The notes beneath the pieces are model-generated. The model had not been told where the DNA came from, ran no database searches, and worked only from the letters and a program-made list of their open reading frames with translations. A program made the position numbers and the translations under genes. Positions 48,147-60,755 of a stretch of DNA of 64,000 bases are shown in pieces; the first letter of the stretch is position 1; every line of letters begins with the position of its first letter. This DNA is from Podarcis cretensis (taxonomy: Eukaryota). The stretch lies in the NCBI GenBank assembly GCA_951804945.1, contig OX638149.1, positions 14,694,001-14,758,000 of the forward strand. Reading direction: 5' to 3'.

Positions 48147-50521
48147 AAGCTTGTAGAAGCAGCATTGATAGGAGATGAGATGCCAATGAGATGTCAGATC
48201 CGGCCTCCAAGGAGGGTGCCACAGCTATCATTGCCACTATAGCAGTAGCCGCAGTGGCAAGCAAACTTGGGAGGCTGGCTCTGCTGCCCCTGCAGATTCT
48301 GCCACCTGAGCCAGCTGCCTCACCTTGCGTCATGTGTGGGCCGGACCTTCCCATTCCTGCCAGATCAAATAGGTACATGAAGATGCAACATTCCATCCTG
48401 CTTTGTCTGCAGTACAGTGAAAGTGAAGCTTTTCCTTTTTGAAGGCAAAGGAGGAATTTTGTGCACAGGCGGATTCTAACTGAGGTACTTGACGCCCTTT
48501 CCACCTGTGGTTTTCATGCAGCAAACCATTTACCTGGATGCACCTCCTCCACACAGCAAGAACCGAGATCCATCGTACCCTGCAGAACTTTTAGCATCGT
48601 CCAATGCCTGGCAAATCACATGGGCATTGCATTCAGAAGACATTTTGTGGCTCGGCCACATGGCGTGAAAAATCTGCCTTTTGTTTAACAAGTACCCCTC
48701 ATTTAAAGAGACTTCCCTGTTAGCACTCTTAGCAACACTTAAGGACCATCTTATAAACTCCAAACCCACCCCACCCCACGCCACCCCCACCAAAAGTCTA
48801 TGCAGGTTCACTGCACAGCTTCCAGAAATTCTACATGCAGCACTGTTAAAAGGGCTAACTTGGTATCTGATGAGTCACAGAATCCATTTGCTTCTACTGA
48901 CCTACTTAACTACTAACCCAGTTATCTCTCTCTCCATCTGTCAAGACGGGTTTTAAATCATGCCAGCTCTGTGTGTGCAAAAGCTGCAGTGCCAAGTTAT
49001 TCCCAGAGGGACGGGGGGGGGGGGACGTTGAGTAAATGTTTCTAGCTATTAAATATAGAAAACTGGAGGACTACATCATCAACTCAGTGGAGAAACAATG
49101 CTCACATTTAACAGCTAAGCCAAGTCTCAGGATGACAGCTTCCAAAGATTTAGCTGCAAATATTTGTAAAGCAGGCTATTTTAAAAATGCGTAGTACGTC
49201 TCCATACACTTTCCCCTTCCCTCCATGAAAATTATGAGAAGCGCTGATCATCTCAGAATAATCAGGTTTAACAGGTTAGAAGTAATATATGCTTCTAGTA
49301 TCCTTAATACATCATAACCTCCTCTCGCGGAATTTGAATCCCTGTCATTCCAAACTACTGATTTTTTTCCCCTCTATTCTTTTTTCTTTTTAGGCTTATG
49401 CTTTTAACACGTTTCTATGGTTACTACCCAAGGTCACATCACAGAAGCCTGGACAGCAAGCAGTTCAGAAAGACAAAAGGCAGTTCACATCCACTGCTGT
49501 ATTAAATAATGTATGAATGTTAAGGCACTCACGTTGTGGTGGGGGGGGGGGAGGTGAAAAAGAAAATTGTATGCACACCTAAGTCTAGGGGTCTCTGTTA
49601 TCCAAGGCAGCACAGGAAGTATGTTAATGATTTAGAGTGTTCTGATGAATTTTCTTTTGGCACAAATGCTCTAGAATATATATTTTGACCTCAGATCTGC
49701 ATGGGCAAATCACTGAAAAATCCGAGAGAGGGATCTGCTGGAATAACTATTTTGATAAGGACACTTTAGCAGAATAAGATAAAGGAGATTCCTTGCTGGA
49801 GGTACATCAGGGGCTGCCCCAAATTTCCTTTCGGAAAATGAGCATCCCAGTCCCATGTATGCTTCCTTGGAAATCATCACTATATTAAATGGGGATTGCT
49901 CCCAGTTTGCAGTCTTCGTGCTCACAATTGCAAGTATAGCCATAACTGAGATAGAGAAGGACTTTTCCCTCCAGACCAAATGACCAGGGTCCCCTGAAGC
50001 TGTGTTTGCCTGTTCTGAATAGTTTTGAGTCTCTTGTTCAAGTTGTTGGTCGTTGACATAATGCAGGTCACATAAGCCATGAACACCATATAAACGTATG
50101 GTAAAAAATAAAATAAAAAATACTGTGTCCCATAATGCATGAATGAACCAATAAATGGCTAGTCCTAGATCTGAAAATGTTGAAGATAAGTGGTTAATGT
50201 TATGTTTAGATATATCAGGGGTGGGGAACCTCAGACCAGGTGTCAAATAAAACCATCTGGGACCTTCTACCTGCTTCTTAGACCATACACTTTTCTCCAG
50301 GGTGACACAACTCACTGACCCTGCTAAAGTGATTTTGCCTGGCTGGGATGGGTTTTTTGATTGCAATAACACCTCTTTCATGTTTGGATGGAGATATATG
50401 CACCTTTGCACAATCCCATGTTCAGTCCCCAGTTCTCCAAGGTGGCCTGGGAGAAATGGCTCTCGTCTGAAACTCTGGAGAGCAGTTGTTGCCAATCAGG
50501 TGATGAAGACGGAGGAGTTAA

Positions 50522-51592
50522 GGATATTGACGAGGTGGAACATGTGCAGAGGATGGTGACCAAGATGGTCAAAGGTCTGGAAACAAAGCCTTATGGGGAA
50601 TGGTAGAAAGAGCTGGGTATGTTTAGCCCAGGAAAAGAGGAGACCAAGAAGATATATGATAGCCAGAATCTCCAGCGGGTGCAGAATGCCGCGGCAAGAC
50701 TCCTTACGGGGTCCTCGCCACAGGATCACATTCACCCGGAGCTATACCAGCTGCACTGGCTCCCGGTGCAGTACAGGATCAGGTTTAAGGTGCTGGTTTT
50801 AACCCTTAAAGCCCTATACGGCCTAGGACCCTCAAAGCTACAGGACCACCTCTCCTGGTATGTCCCACGGAGGACCTTACGGTCTTCAAATAAAAACATC
50901 TTGGAGATCCTGGACCATAGGGAGGTTAGGCTGGCCTCAACCAGAGCCAAGGCTTTTTCGGCCATGGCCCCGATATGGTGGAACGCTCTGTCACAAGAGA
51001 CTAGGGCCCTACGGGACTTGACATCTTTCCGCAGGGTGTGCAAGACAGAGCTGTTCCACCAGGCCTTTGGCCAGGGCACAGTCTGACCCCCTCCTTCTGT
51101 AATCCTCATAGAACTCTAGCCCAATGGTTGCCATTAATTTGACTCTGAATTGATTTTCGAATGAATGGATTTTAGAATGTATTTCAATTAATTGATTGTG
51201 ATTTCATTTAAACGGTGTTATTTTTACTGTTGTTAGCCGCTCTGAGCCCGGCTTCGGCTGGGGAGGGCAGGATATAAATAAAATATGGAGCAAAGATGGA
51301 GCAAGCTTGTTTTCCCCTGCTCTGGAGGGTGGGACTCCAACCAATGGATTCAAGTTGCAAGAAAGAAGATTCTGACTAAACATCAGGAAGAACTTTTCTG
51401 AAAGGAAGAGATGTTTGACATAGAAACAGGTTCCCTCAGGAGGTAGTGGGTTCTTCTTCCTTGGGGGTTTTTAAGCAGAGGCTGGGTGGCCATCTATCAT
51501 GGATGCTTCAGCTGAGATTCCTGGATAGCAGGGGATTGGACTAGATGACCCTCAGGGTCCCTTCCAACTCTACAATTCTTTGATTCTGTGAT
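50522..51592 (+). mobile_element. CR1 3' fragment split by an L2 (CR1 parts about 50522-50664 and 51293-51592)
   Basis: [24 protein letters not shown], then after the L2 the CR1 ORF end and 3' UTR ending CCAACTCTACAATTCTTTGATTCTGTGAT. Confidence 0.85.
50665..51284 (+). mobile_element. L2 3' fragment, second subfamily
   Basis: NLQRVQNAAARLLTGSSPQDHIHPELYQLHWLPVQYRIRFKVLVLTLKALYGLGP...AFSAMAPIWWNAL...KTELFHQAF plus 3' UTR. Confidence 0.9.
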
Positions 51593-54373
51593 TTATTTGT
51601 TTCCTTACCCAGCCTTCAGCCAAAGATCCCACAGTGGGTTAAAACAGTAAGACAAGACTGAGCTAAATGGACCAGTGATAAGGCAGCTTCTTACGCCTCG
51701 AAGGTAGTCAAGCCCCCCCCCCCCCGAACCTGCCCCCAGCTCCCCAGTTCACAATAAACAGCAAAGCGAACCATTTATCACAACTAATTGAAGCGCCTGA
51801 ACCTTGGAAGAAAAACACATTAGTCATTTAGCAGTTGTGCTAATATTGCAATGCTTTTCTTCCCATTTCATTAGGGGCACAATGTTCCAATGGCCTAATC
51901 GTATGCTCAGTCACTGCTCAGCCAGTACCCTGAGACATGACAAGCTGTCTTGCTAGGGCCTACACTTGATAAGGTGCCTGCTCTCCCAGTCACCTCAATT
52001 ATTGACTGTATTTTATGGTCAATCTAATGGCCAAATGCTTATCAGCAAACCATCAGGTGCCTGTAATAGGAGAGTGACCCTCAGTTTATATGTACCATTA
52101 ATGCTCATTAGTGAATAATTAGATTCTTTAATCCGAAAAACTCAGAGGCATGCAAATATGACCAAGCATTCTGGTTCTAGAAATAAGTCTACTAAATGCT
52201 TCCTTTTGAAGATAAAACATCCAAATACAATTCTGGGCATTTGAGCAGTAAGGGCATGAAATCTGCAACGTGGCAGGTGGTTTCAAAGAGATTTGTCCTA
52301 TCCGGAAAGAGATTTGGGGTTGTTGTTTTTTTAATCTCTCAAATTGCGAAAGAACATTTGTAACTAAGAGGGGGAAAAGAGGAGGAAAGCCGTATATTCC
52401 GTCTACATATACTGGTACAGAAATAGGCATTTGAGTAAGGCAAGAAGATAATATATTTCTTAAGCTGGTTTTCAACATCCCACTTTACTCTCTCAGCATT
52501 CTGCCATATTCTAGTGACCCAAGTCATAGCATGAGGCTGGGTAGATAAAGGTCTGGAGTTTTGAAAATAATATACAAAAAGGTAACAGACAATTATATTT
52601 AATTACAAATAATGAAAGTTAGTACCTTCAAAATAAACTTCATATGGTTGTATACAGCTTAAGTGCACTTTCTAGAAGCATAAAATCTATCCCTAGAGAT
52701 ACTTAACGCCTTTTTTATGTATTGTCTCTATCTATATATCCACTAGTTCCCAAATATGATAGAAGCCACCTTAGGTGAGCAGTGAAAGCTCTCACCTCTC
52801 TTGCTCTCAGATCAATTTATTTTTAATGCTCAACAGTGGTACCTATAGAAGTCTCATCCACAGTTAAAATGCATTGTTATGATTACTATTATTGGTATAT
52901 ATTTATTTATTTATACCCCACCTTTCTTCCCTGACAGGAACTCGTTTACAGATAAAAATAAGAACAGCTGAAAACATAGAAAAATAACTATCTATTAAAG
53001 AACCATTAAACACTGATAGTGGTGGTGGAGTGTAACTTTTATACTAAACGCGCAAGGAAAGGGAGCAAACAATCACCTCTCCCAAGTCGTTCTGCTTTGA
53101 GCTCTGCTGCTTTGAGCTATTTTCTCACATTGGGTATCAGAGTTAGGTTGGGATAAATGGCTTAAAGCAGTGGGGAGTGTTAAAGTAAGACCTAGGAGCC
53201 TTACAGAGCCACAACAGAGACACCAGCATTTAAAAAGTGAGAGGGAAAAAGCACAAGATCTTGTTCGTCATTCTGCCCAACTTGGACCCAACCTTGTTCT
53301 CTTTATTATTATCCAACATTTCCTCCATGGAGCTCAGGTATACTGTATACTGTCCGAACCACCCCTGATTGTATCTGCACTTGAAGCTTATTTGGCGAGT
53401 GCACATTCGAACCCAGATCTCTCTTCAGTCCTCGTCCCATAGTCTAGCTGTGAGGTCACGCTGCCTCTCAGCGAGCATTCATTGCTCTCATAACCTGCTC
53501 TTTGTTCCTAAGCTGTGCATTTTTTAACGTTCACCCCACTCCAAGATCCTTTAAAACCTCTGTAATTTCCCAGCAAGCACCTTTCATGGTGCAGAATTTG
53601 TGCCCTTGCACCTGTGAAAATCAGGACCCTCTCTTATTGCATCTGGGCCTCTATCTAACATCTTAAGATTTTGAGAAAAGAAACCCTTTCTTCTTGTGCC
53701 AGTTCTTTGATGGGAAAATACTGCTTCTGCCAAGCTCTGTGAGCCCTTCTCAGCCAGAAGCATCTTCCTGATTAAGGAATGGTAGTTTGGGATGGCATTT
53801 GCCTTGCAGTCCAACACTAGACAGTCCTTTCTTTCGAGAGAGAGTGGAATTTGGGAGTTAACTCTGTTTCAAATTTTGTTTAGGTGCCAGATTGTATTAT
53901 AGCACGTGTGCGAGCAGGAGAAAACTACGCACTTCCTCTTGAGGCTAATGAGTAAAAATATCAAAGTTAAATGTAAGAGTGTTGCATAATTAAGCTTGAT
54001 GAAGTTGAGCAACCACTTTTAAACAAGGACTCTTGAGTCAATATGCAAATGCAGCCTGCGTACATTTCACCGAGCATAACAAAGCAAAATCTGCCCAAGT
54101 TATGTAACAGCTTGTGGGCGCTATCTACAAAAGATAGAATCAGTGTGAGAAAGAACAAAAGAGAGAAGCCCACAGGACTAATGTTGGAACTCAGCAATAT
54201 CAGGTATCCCAGGAGCTACAGAGAGAAGTGGATGGAAACACCAAAGCAGATCACTCGGTCCTTGTAGCTCAGCAGTGACCATACCACCAGAGAAGGAAAG
54301 CTCCAATCCCAAACCTCTGCTGCCTTGCAGGATATCTTCGGAAGAAGAAAAGGCTAAAGAGTACACCTTACAC

Positions 54374-54502
54374 CAGGGTTTCCCAAACATCTGCTGTGGC
54401 CGGACTACAACTCCCATCATCCCTAGCCAGCAGGGCCAGTGGCCACAGATGATGGGAATTGTAGTCCAAAAAAAGCTAGAGACCCAAGTTTGGGAAACCA
54501 TG
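54374..54502. mobile_element. hAT-type MITE
   Basis: CAGGGTTTCCCAAAC ... GTTTGGGAAACCATG; perfect 8-bp TSD CCTTACAC (54366-54373, 54503-54510). Confidence 0.9.
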
Positions 54503-54644
54503 CCTTACACAAATTTGGAGTGGAGTCTCTAAGACAGTTGGATGGCACCTTGTACATCTCCTTCCAGCAACTCCTGCAGCCAAGCTAGTGCCAAATGTAT
54601 TGCTCTGCTTTCCTTGGTGCACATCAGCAAGGCCAAGAAGGGAA

Positions 54645-57600
54645 ATCATAGAATCATAGAGTTGGAAGAGACCACAAGGGCCATCGAGTCCAACCCCCTG
54701 CCAAGCAGGAAACACCATCAGAGCACTCCTGACATATGGTTGTCAAGCCTCTGCTTAAAGACCTCCAAAGAAGGAGACTCCACCACACTCCTTGGCAGCA
54801 AATTCCCCTGTCGAACAGCTCTTACTGTCAGGAAGTTCTTCCTAATGTTTATAATAATAATAATAATAATTTATTATTTGTACCCCGCCCATCTGGCTGG
54901 GTTTCCCCAGCCACTCTGGGCGGCTTCCAACAGAGATGAAAAATACACTAAAATATCACATATTAAAAACTTCCCTGAACAGGGCTGCCTTCAGATGTTT
55001 TCTGAATGTCAGGTAGTTGTCATACAGTGGTTCCGCTCCTTCCTCCTGGGCCGTGTTCAGAAAGTGGTGGTGGGGGATGAGTGTTCAGACCCCTGGGCTC
55101 TCACTTGTGGGGTGCCTCAGGGTTCTGTCCTCTCCCCCATGCTTTTCAACATCTACATGCAGCCGCTGGGGCATTCCACAGGGCATTCCACAGGGCGGGC
55201 GCCACTACCGAGAAGGCCCTCTGCCTGGTTCCCTGCAACTTGGCCTCTCGCAGTGAGGGAACCGCCAGAAGGCCCTCGGAGCTGGACCTCAGTGTCCGGG
55301 CAGACCGATGGGGGAGGAGACGCTCCTTCAGATATACTGGACCGAGGCCATTTAGGGCTTTAAAGGTCAGCACCAACACTTTGAATTGTGCTCGGAAACG
55401 TACTGGGAGCCAATGTAGGTCTTTCAAGACCGGTGTTATATGGTCTCGGCGGCCGCTCCCAGTCACCAGTCTAGCTGCCGCATTCTGGATTAGTTGTAGT
55501 TTCCGGGTCACCTTCAAAGGTAGCCCCACGTAGAGCGCATTGCAGTAGTCCAAGCGGGAGATAACCAGAGCATGTACCACTCTGGCGAGACAGTCTGCAG
55601 GCAGATAGGGTCTCAGCCTACGTACCAGATGGAGCTGGTAAACAGCTGCCCTGGATACAGATTTGACCTGTGCCTCCATGGACAGCTGTGAGTCCAAAAT
55701 GACTCCCAGGCTGCACACCTGGTCCTTCAGGGGCACAGTTACCCCATTCAGGACCAGGGAATCCTCCACACCTGCCCGCCTCCTGTCCCCCAAAAACAGT
55801 ACTTCTGTCTTGTCAGGATTCAACCTCAATCTGTTAGCCGCCATCCATCCTCCAACCGCTTCCAGACACTCACACAGGACCTTTACCGCCTTCACTGGTT
55901 CTGATTTAAAAGAGAGGTAGAGCTGGGTATCATCTGCATACTGATGAACACCCAGCCCAAACCTCCTGATGATCCCTCCCAGCGGCTGCATGTAGATGTT
56001 GAAAAGCATGGGGGAGAGGACAGAACCCTGAGGCACCCCACAAGTGAGAGCCCAGGGGTCTGAACACTCATCCCCCACCACCACTTTCTGAACACGGCCC
56101 AGGAGGAAGGAGCGGAACCACTGTATGACAGTGCCCCCAGCTCCCAGCCCCTCAAGACGGTCCAGAAGGATGTCATGGTCGATGGTATCAAACGCCGCTG
56201 AGAGATCCAGCAGAACTAGGAAACAGCTCTCACCTTTGTCCCTAGCCCGCCGGAGATCATCAACCAGTGCGACCAAGGCAGTTTCAGTCCCATGATGAGG
56301 CCTGAATCCCGACTGGAAGGGATACAAATGGTCCGCTTCTTCCAGGCGTGCCTGGAGTTGTTCAGCAACCACTCGCTCAATCACCTTGCCCAAGAATGGA
56401 AGGTTTGAGACTGGGCGATAATTGGCCATTGTGGCCGCATCTAGAGATGGTTTTTTAAGAAGCGGTTTAATAACCGCCTCTTTCAGCGGGTCTGGGAAGG
56501 CTCCCTCACGGAGGGAAACATTCACCACCCCACGAAGCCCATCGCCCAGTCCTTCCCGGCTAGCTTTTATAAGCCAGGATGGGCAAGGATCCAGGAGACA
56601 GGTGGTTGGCTTCACTCGTCCAAGCAGCCTGTCCACATCCTCGGAGGTAACAGATTGGAATTGATCCCACACAACTTGACCAGACAGGACTCTAGCACTC
56701 TCCCGCCCCGGCCCTGCTCCCACGGTGGAGTCTACTTCTTCCCGAATCTGAGCGATTTTATCTGCAAAAAAATTTGCAAAATCATTGCAGGAGAACATGT
56801 GGCCCGTACTGGGCCCCGATGTTACAGGTGGTTCCGCTAAATTGTGAACCACCTGAAAGAGTCTCCTGCTGCTGTTTTCTGCAGATGCAATAGAGGCGGT
56901 GAAGAAAGTCTTCTTCGCCGTCACTATCGCTACTTGGTAGGCTCGACGTTGAGCTCTAACCTGTGTCCGGTCAGATTCAGAATGGGTTATCCGCCACCGG
57001 CGCTCTAGCCGTCTCAACGATTGTTTCATTGCCCTCAGATCCGTGGAAAACCACGGGGCTCTCCGGGCTCCATGCAATCGGAGAGGGCGCTTCGGAGCCA
57101 AACAGTCAATAGCCCTGGTTAACTCCACATTCCAGCGGGCCACCAGGGAATCGGCTGAAAGGCCATCAACATGGGATAAAGCATCCCCTACCACTCTCTG
57201 GAAACCATTTGGATCCATTAAGTGGCGGGGGCGGACCATCCGAATCGGTCCCACCTCCCTGCAGAGGGGATGGGTCGCAGAGAAGTCCAGTTGCACCAGG
57301 AAGTGGTCTGACCATGGCACTTCTTTCGTTTCACTTTTACTTAGTGTCAGATCACCAACATCCGTAGAGGTAAACACCAGGTCCAAGGCATGTCCGCGGC
57401 TATGGGTTGGGCCAGACTTATTCAGGGACAGCCCCATGGAGGCCATGCTTTCCACGAAGTCCCGAGCGGCCCCTTGTAAGGTCGTGTCGGCATGGATGTT
57501 AAAATCCCCTAGGACGACCAAGCTAGGTGTCTCCAGGAGAACATCCGCCACGACCTGAAGCAGCTCGGGCAGGGAATCCTTGGTGCAGCGGGGAGGTCGG

Positions 57601-58059
57601 TACACCAAAAGGAATCCTGTACTGCCCCTATTGCCCAACTTCCAGAACATGCACTCAGGTGGAATCTTCTTTCTTGTAGTTTGGAACCATTGCTCCGTGT
57701 CCGCTTCTCTGGAGCAGCAGAAAACAACCTTTCTCCCTCCTCTATGTGACATCCTTTTATATATTTGAACATGGCTATCATATCACCCCTTAACCTCCTC
57801 TTCTCCAGGCTAAACATGCCCAGCTCCCTTAGCCGTTGCTCATAAGGCATCGTTTCCAGGCCTTTGACCATTTTGGTTGCCCTCCTCTGGACACCTTCCA
57901 GTTTGTCAGTGTCCTTCTTGAACTGTGGTGCCCAGAACTGGACACAGTACTCCAGGTGAGGTCTGACCAGAGCAGAATACAGTGGCACTATTACTTCCCT
58001 TGATCTAGATGCTATACTCCTATTGATGCAGCCCAGAATTGCATTGGCTTTTTTAAGCT
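54645..58059 (-). mobile_element. CR1 3' fragment split by L2 (parts 54645-54850 and 57657-58059)
   Basis: [44 protein letters not shown]...ERRFHL continues into the left part, which ends in the ATTCTATG-type CR1 tail (ATCATAGAATCATAG on the plus strand). Confidence 0.92.
54851..57656 (-). mobile_element. Young 5'-truncated L2 LINE with open EN-RT frame
   Basis: About 830 uninterrupted codons: APE motifs VYRPP, GDFN, LDL, SDH; RT motifs YRPVS, QSGFR, LDLSAAFD, GVPQGSVLSP, YADD; L2 C-terminal LDYCNAL, QNAAARL, LHWLPV; (TTA)n tail at 54851. Confidence 0.95.
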
Positions 58060-58867
58060 ACCAAATATTGTTATCTAGGCAGTCTAGGTCTTCCATGCAC
58101 ACTGCTCAGGCTTGCGCCCAGTGGAGGTCCCTTTGGTGCTGCTAACACAGCAGTTTGACTTCACCCCCCAGAGGCGCCCTCCAATGTCTCTCGAGACAGA
58201 CGAATGCCAACAACATACACCAGGGATATAAACCCTGGACTGCAACTTCCATCTTCCCTGGCTATTGCTCATGCTAGCTGGAGCTGATGGGAGATTTTAG
58301 TCCAATGACATCTGGAGGGCTTTCCCTTGTCTATGCTCTCCAGGTTTTCAGAAAGAGGGGCTTTCTGTTGTTCTTTTTAGCTGCCATTGTTCTCAGATGC
58401 CATACTGGGGCTCATGGTTTGGTGAATATCTAGCCTTACTCATGGGGATACAGTTCCCAAGACTGCCTAGTATAAAGAGAATTACTGTTTGTCCACGCAC
58501 ACCTCTGTGAATGAGTGAGAAAAGAAAGCACCTTTGTACATGCTTCCAAAACACAGCTCCCACTTTTCCTGGCACAGGTAAGCAAGATTTCCAGTAGAGA
58601 AGCAAGAGGTGGAAGGAAGGCGCCTAGCCTTTCGGGCAGCCGTTGCTTTTCCGCTACAACTCCACCCTGCTCCCAACCCCACAATCTTTTTCCCCAGCAG
58701 AAGTTGCAAGTTCATGCTTCCATTGCATAGTGATCCCATTCATTACCCAAGCATTCTCCTGCCTGAACTGCCATCTGCAACAACAACACCAACCGCCCAG
58801 TAAGCACTTGGTTTGTGGTCATTTCATACACAAGAGCAACGATGTAAATCGTAATGGTGAAAACTAC

Positions 58868-59034
58868 CTTATGAAGAATGACGCTGCAGCTGAAGTCCCT
58901 GCAGAGACGCCAGCCGGGGCGACCAGACTTTGGGAAGCCAATGGCCCAGTGGTTCCAGTTTGGTCACAGTTGTTTTGCCCTGAGGTGACTTGAATATTGG
59001 AGCCTTCCCTTCCGCACTCTGCTGCTGTAGCCTC
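58868..59034 (-). CDS. KIF26A: KIF26A exon (167 bp), N-terminal region; not in ORF track
   Basis: ttttcccttAG|GAGGCT ... TTCTTCATAAG|GTAGTT; encodes EATAAECGREGSNIQVTSGQNNCDQTGTTGPLASQSLVAPAGVSAGTSAAASFFI(R). It ends in the conserved KIF26 SAAASFFIR motif, and its phase-2 end completes the AGA codon with the exon at 27328. Confidence 0.88.
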
Positions 59035-59721
59035 CTAAGGGAAAAGCAAAATTAAAAACAGGGAGTTATAAATATATTAACTTAAGACTAATAGTACTTC
59101 CACCCACCTGAGATCTGCTGTGGGCATACAATTGGGTTTTTATTTAATTTCATTCATATACCCATCATCATCATCATCATATTTCAATATACCTGACTTG
59201 CACAAAAGAGCAGTCCATTAAAAAGCATCTTGCTTCAAGACTAGTATAGATTTGGAGTTGCTCCCATGAAAGACTGTCACTTCCTTCCTCCTCCTTTTCC
59301 TTTCCTACCTCCCATAACTGCAAGTGCACATATTATTTTTTACACAGCTGTTCTGTGCGACAGCACTTCAAATCAGCGGTTTTAAAAATACAAGCACAAC
59401 CACAATGAACGTTTCTTCAGAAACAACCAGTAGAAAAAGGGCAGGCCACATCCTTCCCTTTGGGCTGGTGGAAACCATGATGATAGATGGCACCCATCGA
59501 AACATCACCACACAGGTGTTTTTTTTTTAAAAAAATAATAATAATAAACACCCATGCACACAATGTGCTTCAGTACGTTCACAATTGGGTAACACACCAT
59601 TTCATGCTGAATGTCTTTCCCTTAATGGATTATCTGCAGACAGGAAAATCCGAATTTAGTGTGGGTTGCCACTTGGTTAAAGAGGATGTCATGTGGACGC
59701 TGAGAGAGAAAGAGAACGAGA

Positions 59722-59767
<46 letters not shown>
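59722..59767. repeat. (GA)n microsatellite
   Basis: Directly visible. Confidence 0.95.
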
Positions 59768-59769
<2 letters not shown>

Positions 59770-60755
59770 TTCAAATCCATGTTCAACACCCATGTGAATG
59801 AGCCACAAAAGACAGGATGACTACCTGTCTGGGAGACTTCAGATCTCTTACCACAACCTAAACTACCATATTTACTTAGTAGCTATGCTATGTGGGACAC
59901 AGATATTAGGCAATTTCGGCCCAGGAGACTACAGAACTGGGATGAGGATAGGATGTCAGGGAAATGAAATGATGAGAGAGGATGACAAAGGATGATGAGG
60001 GAGGATGACAGCATCAAACAGCAATAGAAGTGATGGTGACTGTTCAGAAAACACTAAAGATGTAGGTTTTGACAAGGGGCTTGAAATAAGAGAGGAAGAC
60101 ACCTTGATCAAATTGATAGGGAAGAATCAAAGATGACTCCAAGGATGTGATTCTCAAAGACCGCCTGCTGCAGACTGTTGGCTTTTTCGACGCCAACTAA
60201 AAACCCATTTATTTTACCAAGCTTTCCGTGACTGAAATAATTTTTATGGGGCAGTTCACAGTATTTGTTGGTTTTGTCATGAACCTTACCCAGATTTGAT
60301 TTCCGGTGTCTATCTTTTCTTTTAGTGTATTATTATGGCATAGTTTACATATTGGTTTTGTATGTTTGTAACCAGCTCTGGGGGCGGTTACAATGGATAG
60401 AAATTCCCCAACTAAACTAAACTAAAACAAATGCTATTTCCAACTGTAACTGCACAATTAGGCTCCGGTGGACTGAGAAGACAAGACCAATAGTGGGTCC
60501 AACAGTCAAGAAGGAAGTTTCTGCTGTAGAAGGAAAGGAGGAGCAGATGGGGCTTGGCAACCTGAAAAGCTCTCCCATCTAGAAGAAGGAAAACTCTGGT
60601 CCTAGACCTCCACTGCATTGTGTGACATCTTTGGGAGAAGAAAAAGCTAAGGAATAAACCCTACACAAATCCAGAGAGCAGTCCATGAGGAGGTTGGACG
60701 GCATCTTGTATGCCTCTTTCCGGCAACTCCTGCAGCCAAGCTGGTGCCAAATGTA

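Larger units (their letters stand above)
54290..58200 (+). repeat. Unclassified dispersed repeat, copy 2, fragmented (54290-54373, 54503-54644, about 58063-58200)
   Basis: The pieces are collinear with the copies at 19340 and 60545 once the MITE, CR1 and L2 are removed. Confidence 0.72.

Noticed and set aside
49710-50495. 261-aa minus-strand ORF
   Set aside because: No domain-like content; it crosses decayed SINE and MITE remnants and AT-rich intron.
54542-55363. 273-aa plus-strand ORF with a GVPQGS RT motif
   Set aside because: Chance read-through of antisense CR1, a (TAA)n tail and the inverted 153-bp duplication; not an independent element.
55146-57752. 868-aa ORF as a host gene or domesticated RT
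   Set aside because: It is a 5'-truncated L2 ORF2 with an N-terminus from out-of-frame CR1 and a rearranged C-terminus.
370-59034. Assignment as KIF26B
   Set aside because: Several motor residues are B-like, but the tail motifs RRPPHLRPFHPRTVALDPD, QLRRGATTLG, GRGTIMGTKQA and RRPQRYSSG match KIF26A as recalled. A phylogeny would be decisive.
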